DNA from: Acinetobacter pittii
Lineage (GTDB): Bacteria; Bacteroidota; Bacteroidia; Chitinophagales; Chitinophagaceae
Assembly (NCBI GenBank): GCA_052038405.1
Contig: JBQGCI010000429.1
Span: 1,150-65,149 of the forward strand
Length of the DNA stretch: 64,000 bases
Direction: 5' to 3'
Under the pieces are notes generated by a model. That model was not told the origin of the DNA, did not search any database, and was given only the letters and a program-made list of their open reading frames with translations. Numbering within the stretch: the stretch's first letter is position 1; each line of letters begins with the position of its first letter. This document shows positions 59,971 to 64,000 of this stretch, in pieces. The position numbers and the translations under genes were made by a program.

Positions 59971-60625
59971 TTTTTTTACAGTTTTAATTGACAGGAGTCC
60001 GGCGCCCGGGTAAATCGGATTGCTTAAAGCATTTCCGTTGTTTCCCTATGCCGGGTAACCCGCGATACAGCTAAACTACTTTGATCCTTTCAGCTGGAAG
60101 AGTTTGTATTGTAAATTAAGATGTAAACATTGTAAATTATTGTGATTTTTATTCTAATAATTGCAAAACAATCATTTAAACATATAAAAAATTACAAATG
60201 TAGTGCGTAAAAATGAAGTAATTTCTCCCTGGTGAATTTGAAAGAGTCAATGTGATTGTAAGGTGATTTTGTCGACACGTTAACCTGGTGGCTTAGGCTG
60301 GTTGTTCATTTTATAACTCGTTACTTAAACTAATAAGTTTAAGTCAGCATATATTTTTTATTCTTATAAGTTTAAAATTTTCTTGAAATGACATAGTAGT
60401 TGGCCTTTCATAAAAAGCTAGCCGTTAGATTACTGATTTCTGTTCCCTTTACAGGATCATCACCTGAGGAACGACCTTCTGATTAATCCCGTATGAGCGG
60501 GACACTAACCAATAGAGCCAGGGCTCGATCAGGCATAAAATGCTCCTCAATTAATTTTTCGATTGGCAAATGGTTGCCATAGAAATGCAGAAAGCAGCAT
60601 GTGCAAGAATATATGAAGGTCTACA

Positions 60626-61075
60626 TTAGGCCACTGCCAGCTTCTTCTTAGTTTTCATAACACCTGCGTTTTTTAAATGAGCGTTTGGGGCCGCCATTAA
60701 TTGATAGGGCCTGTTCAATGCTTCCTGCGAAATTTTAAAATAAGCGGCCAGCTTGCGGATCACTTCCTTTGAAAGCCCTTTTTTATAATTCAGCATATCT
60801 GAAATATATCCTTTGCTGATGTTTAAGATAGGCACCAGGTCTTTGGCTTTAAGATTGTGGTCTTTCATCAAAGATTGCAGCAGTTGTATTGGGTCTACCT
60901 CATCAAAGCTGTTATGCGTCTCATCCCATTTTTCAATAAGCAAGGTAAGCAGTGCCATTTCATCTTTTGTGTCACGGTCGTCTTTATTGCCGGAAAACAA
61001 TAGTTGCTCCAATACATTGCAATACTCTTTGTACTGGACTTTGCTGGTAATTACCTTATATTTTAACCTTGCCAT
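60626..61075 (-). CDS. higA: HigA-family antitoxin
   Basis: LTLLIEKWD, DPIQLL..LM and HTH SKGYISDMLNYKKGLS; downstream of HigB. Confidence 0.88.
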   Translation of the reverse strand: MARLKYKVITSKVQYKEYCNVLEQLLFSGNKDDRDTKDEMALLTLLIEKWDETHNSFDEVDPIQLLQSLMKDHNLKAKDLVPILNISKGYISDMLNYKKGLSKEVIRKLAAYFKISQEALNRPYQLMAAPNAHLKNAGVMKTKKKLAVA

Positions 61076-61088
61076 AAATAATTCTTTT

Positions 61089-61421
61089 TTAATAGTCGCT
61101 TTTGGTGTACTGTTGTTCATTTGCGCATAACTTGTCATACTGCGCATGTGTCCCAATCCAGCAAATGAATAAATGCATCTGTTTATCTCCAAAAGCATAT
61201 TTGCCGATCATCCTGTATTTGTTGCCACTAATATCAAATACCACCCGATTGCTGCCACTGCCCAATAAATCAGCACTGGGGAATGTGGCTAAGATATCTG
61301 CGGGACTGTTCCAGTCTCCATATTTTACTTTAATAAGCCATTCTGTAAATGCAGCCCTGCCTTGAGCATTGTGTCTTACAAAATCCTCTATAGTTTCCTT
61401 TCTTATCAGGTGAACTTTCAT
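61089..61421 (-). CDS. higB: HigB-family toxin
   Basis: W..P.DI..TFPSAD, RVVFDISGNKYR and IGTHAQYDK motifs. Confidence 0.92.
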   Translation of the reverse strand: MKVHLIRKETIEDFVRHNAQGRAAFTEWLIKVKYGDWNSPADILATFPSADLLGSGSNRVVFDISGNKYRMIGKYAFGDKQMHLFICWIGTHAQYDKLCANEQQYTKSDY

Positions 61422-61443
61422 AGCAAAATTACGTTTTTTCATT

Positions 61444-61470
61444 TAAAAGTTCACATTTAGAGAACTTTTA
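61444..61470. promoter_or_regulatory. Inverted repeat, probable HigA operator
   Basis: taaaagttc-acatttaga-gaactttta just upstream of higB. Confidence 0.65.
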
Positions 61471-61632
61471 GGTATAGCAAGCCTCGCATGCCCCAAGTAA
61501 TAGCACTATTAAAATACGTAGTTTTTTTGGAAAACAGATCAATAAACGGGTAGTGTATAGGTACTATCTCATGAAGTAAGATAGCTAACCAACACTTCGT
61601 TAACATCGCGGAAAATGAATATCCGTTTTTTA

Positions 61633-62796
61633 CTATTTCACCTCCAGCTGGTAAACCGTCACCGACTGAAACTTTTCGCCCGGTTTTAAAACCGTTGTGG
61701 GAAAATTGGGATGATTGGGAGAATCGGGGAAATGCTGTGTTTCAAAGCAGAGGGCTTCACGGGCGTTGATCGGATTGCCGTTGCGGTCCTTATCCAGCCC
61801 CTTCAATGTATTGGCTGTAAAGAACTGTATGCCCGGCTCTGTAGTAAACACTTTCATGGTGATACCCGATTTCGGACTAAATGCCGTGGCAGCGAGCTCA
61901 GCCACTTTGCCACCTTTTCTTTTATTCAATACAAAATTGTGATCAAAGCCGCCACCGTACTGCAATTGCTGATTGGGCAGATCTACCACAGTACTAACGA
62001 GGGTGGGCTTTCTTAGATCAAAAGGCGTACCCGCAACGGATGCTATTTCACCGGTGGGCAGCATGGCTTCATTTACCGGTGTGTATTGGTCGGCATTTAC
62101 AGAAACAATGTATCCTGTTACATTGCCGCCGCCTTCGAGGTTGAAATAACTATGGTTGGTAAGGTTGAGCACGGTTTTTTTATCGGTTGTTGCAGCATAG
62201 GCAATCTTCAATTCGTTTTGCTCACTTAAAGAAAAGGTGATGGCGACTTTTAAGTTTCCGGGAAAACCATTCTCTCCGTCTTTAGACCAATACGCCAGTG
62301 TTATAGCTTTATCAGAAACCGTTACCCAATCCCACACCTGCTCGTTAAAACCCATAGGACCGCCATGCAGGTTATTACCATTATTATTAAGAGGTAGCTG
62401 ATAAGTAGTGCCATCCAAAGTAAATTGTCCCTTTGCCATGCGGTTCGCATATCGTCCTACTGTGGCGCCATAATTACGGCCCTTGGCGTTGATATATTCG
62501 TCGATAGAATTAAAGCCCACCACAATATCTACCGGTTTGCCATTTTTATCAGGAATAACGGCGCTCACTAATCTTGCACCATAATTGGTGATAGCCACCT
62601 GCATGCCCTTTTTATTACTCAAAAAAGCGATGCCTGTTTTCTTTCCATTCACCTCCTTCTCAAAGTTTTCGGGATTGAGATACGCTGGCCGTGATTTTTG
62701 AGCGCTTACTACTACCGTCAACAACATACACACAACGATACCAGATAAACGTACCACAGCTTTTTTATGGCTTACAGGGGGCAAAGCAATTTTCAT
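61633..62796 (-). CDS. galM: Aldose 1-epimerase (galactose mutarotase), exported
   Basis: GRYANR, LHGG, GFPG, NLTNHSYFNL, FDHNF and CFETQHFPD motifs. Confidence 0.93.
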   Translation of the reverse strand: MKIALPPVSHKKAVVRLSGIVVCMLLTVVVSAQKSRPAYLNPENFEKEVNGKKTGIAFLSNKKGMQVAITNYGARLVSAVIPDKNGKPVDIVVGFNSIDEYINAKGRNYGATVGRYANRMAKGQFTLDGTTYQLPLNNNGNNLHGGPMGFNEQVWDWVTVSDKAITLAYWSKDGENGFPGNLKVAITFSLSEQNELKIAYAATTDKKTVLNLTNHSYFNLEGGGNVTGYIVSVNADQYTPVNEAMLPTGEIASVAGTPFDLRKPTLVSTVVDLPNQQLQYGGGFDHNFVLNKRKGGKVAELAATAFSPKSGITMKVFTTEPGIQFFTANTLKGLDKDRNGNPINAREALCFETQHFPDSPNHPNFPTTVLKPGEKFQSVTVYQLEVK

Positions 62797-63064
62797 CCGT
62801 AATTTTTTATAAATCTATTGTCAGATAGAATTCGCACCAAAATGATAACCGATTTGGGTGTAATCTAACCCCATAATTCTTGTGCTCATTTCATAGGAGC
62901 AATATACATAATAGCCTTTACAATTAGCCGGTACAACGTTTGAATGAGATTTGCCGTCCACTCCCAGGCGCTGCCGCCGGACCCATTTGTCGGTTAACAC
63001 AATAAAATCTGCCGTTTACCGACCTTGCATTTACTTCGTCTTGCTTGCGGCCTAGGTTTGCAGC

Positions 63065-64000
63065 ATGGCAAAAAACCCTACTATACGTGGCACCCTGGTG
63101 CTGATACTGCTTATTTGTTTTTCTGCTGCTTTTGCGCAAACGGAAAACAAGCTAATGATCAAAGGCCGTGTTGTAGATTCTTTACAAAAGCCGGTTGCCT
63201 GGGCTACTGTGCAATTGATGAAAAAGGATTCCGTTGTTGCTACAGGCGCTGCAGATGAGTCGGGGCACTTTCAGCTACCAACAAAAAACAGTGAAGTAAC
63301 GGCTATTCGCATTACCAGTGCATCTTATCAACCTGTCACAAAATTGATCATAGTTGACAAAGTCAACCAATTGGGTTTTGACCTGGGGGTGCTCACCTTG
63401 TCTAAAAATAATGGCGAACTGAAAAGCGTAACGGTTACGGCTTCCCGCCAGCTGATCACCCGCGAGATTGATAAACTGGTGTACAGTACTGAAGCCGACC
63501 CGGAAAGCAAGTTCAGCAGCGTGCTGGAGATTATGCGTAAAGTGCCCTTCCTGGCGGTGGACGGACAGGAAAACCTTACCATGAAAGGAAGCAGCAGCTA
63601 TCGTATCCTGATCAACGGAAAACCATCGGGTATGGTAGATAACGATCCGAAAAGTTTTTTAAGGTCTCTGCCTGCATCGAGCATACAAAGCATAGAAGTG
63701 TACACCACGCCACCGGCTAAGTATGACGCGGAAGGTTTGGGAGGTGTTATCAACATTGTTACCACCAAAAGAGTAGGGGAGGGGTATAAGGGAAATATCA
63801 ACCTAAACGGCGCTTATCCTAACGGCGGACCGGGAGCCGGTTTATCTTTTACGGCCACCCATAAAAAATTCGGGGTTGAACTGTTTGGAGGCAGCAATCT
63901 ATCCTACAACCCTTTGGTTGATGGTACTACCTCCAGGGCCACTACCGGTACTACACCATCCACATTGAACGTTACGGAAAATACCCAAAGAAACGGGCAT
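63065..64000 (+). CDS. TonB-dependent receptor / outer-membrane beta-barrel protein, 3'-truncated by the window
   Basis: Not in the ORF track. MAKNPT...AFAQ signal, carboxypeptidase-like domain, plug KVPFLAVD, INGKPS and IEVYTTPPAKYDAEG.GGVINIV. Confidence 0.88.
   Translation, partial: MAKNPTIRGTLVLILLICFSAAFAQTENKLMIKGRVVDSLQKPVAWATVQLMKKDSVVATGAADESGHFQLPTKNSEVTAIRITSASYQPVTKLIIVDKVNQLGFDLGVLTLSKNNGELKSVTVTASRQLITREIDKLVYSTEADPESKFSSVLEIMRKVPFLAVDGQENLTMKGSSSYRILINGKPSGMVDNDPKSFLRSLPASSIQSIEVYTTPPAKYDAEGLGGVINIVTTKRVGEGYKGNINLNGAYPNGGPGAGLSFTATHKKFGVELFGGSNLSYNPLVDGTTSRATTGTTPSTLNVTENTQRNGH

Noticed and set aside
59971-60625. 650-bp AT-rich gap as a possible gene remnant or array
   Set aside because: No ORF of credible length, no regular repeat and no recognisable homology by eye.
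61076-61198. Long N-terminal extension of HigA
   Set aside because: It overlaps higB in another frame; ATG 61075 gives a normal HigA.
832-63801. Numerous short antisense or overlapping ORFs in the six-frame track
   Set aside because: They lie opposite or within well-supported genes and lack motifs; treated as shadow ORFs.
1-64000. CRISPR array, tRNA, rRNA, IS transposase or integrase
   Set aside because: None recognised; the repeats found are short heptads or palindromes without repeat-spacer periodicity.

Overview
64 kb of a Bacteroidota chromosome. Gene content, TAnnTTTG-type -7 promoter boxes and intergenic repeats suggest a Chitinophagaceae-like organism (inference). About 1-50 kb is mostly housekeeping and envelope genes (nfuA-like, pnuC/NadR-like, trxA, mtgA, thiL, recX, dnaN, kdsB, corA, ppiD-like, feoB, adk, msrB). 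It also holds a cobalamin-riboswitch-controlled BtuB plus surface-lipoprotein locus, a frameshifted four-helix-bundle gene and an SPFH/zinc-ribbon operon. From about 50.0 to 61.5 kb lies an accessory island with no integrase or tRNA. It contains an MNT-HEPN pair behind a long structured leader, two XRE regulators, an XRE-ImmA/IrrE peptidase plus PIN pair, and HigBA. Its centrepiece is an AT-rich, tightly packed six-gene minus-strand operon: hypothetical - beta-flower-like protein - DUF1883/TIR - class III cyclase A - PycC-like cyclase B - Pycsar transmembrane effector. This looks like a Pycsar-type antiphage system with a second, differently specified cyclase and an upstream TIR enzyme, with a candidate small structured RNA transcribed divergently next to it. 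All family assignments come from motif recognition by eye; no database searches were run.
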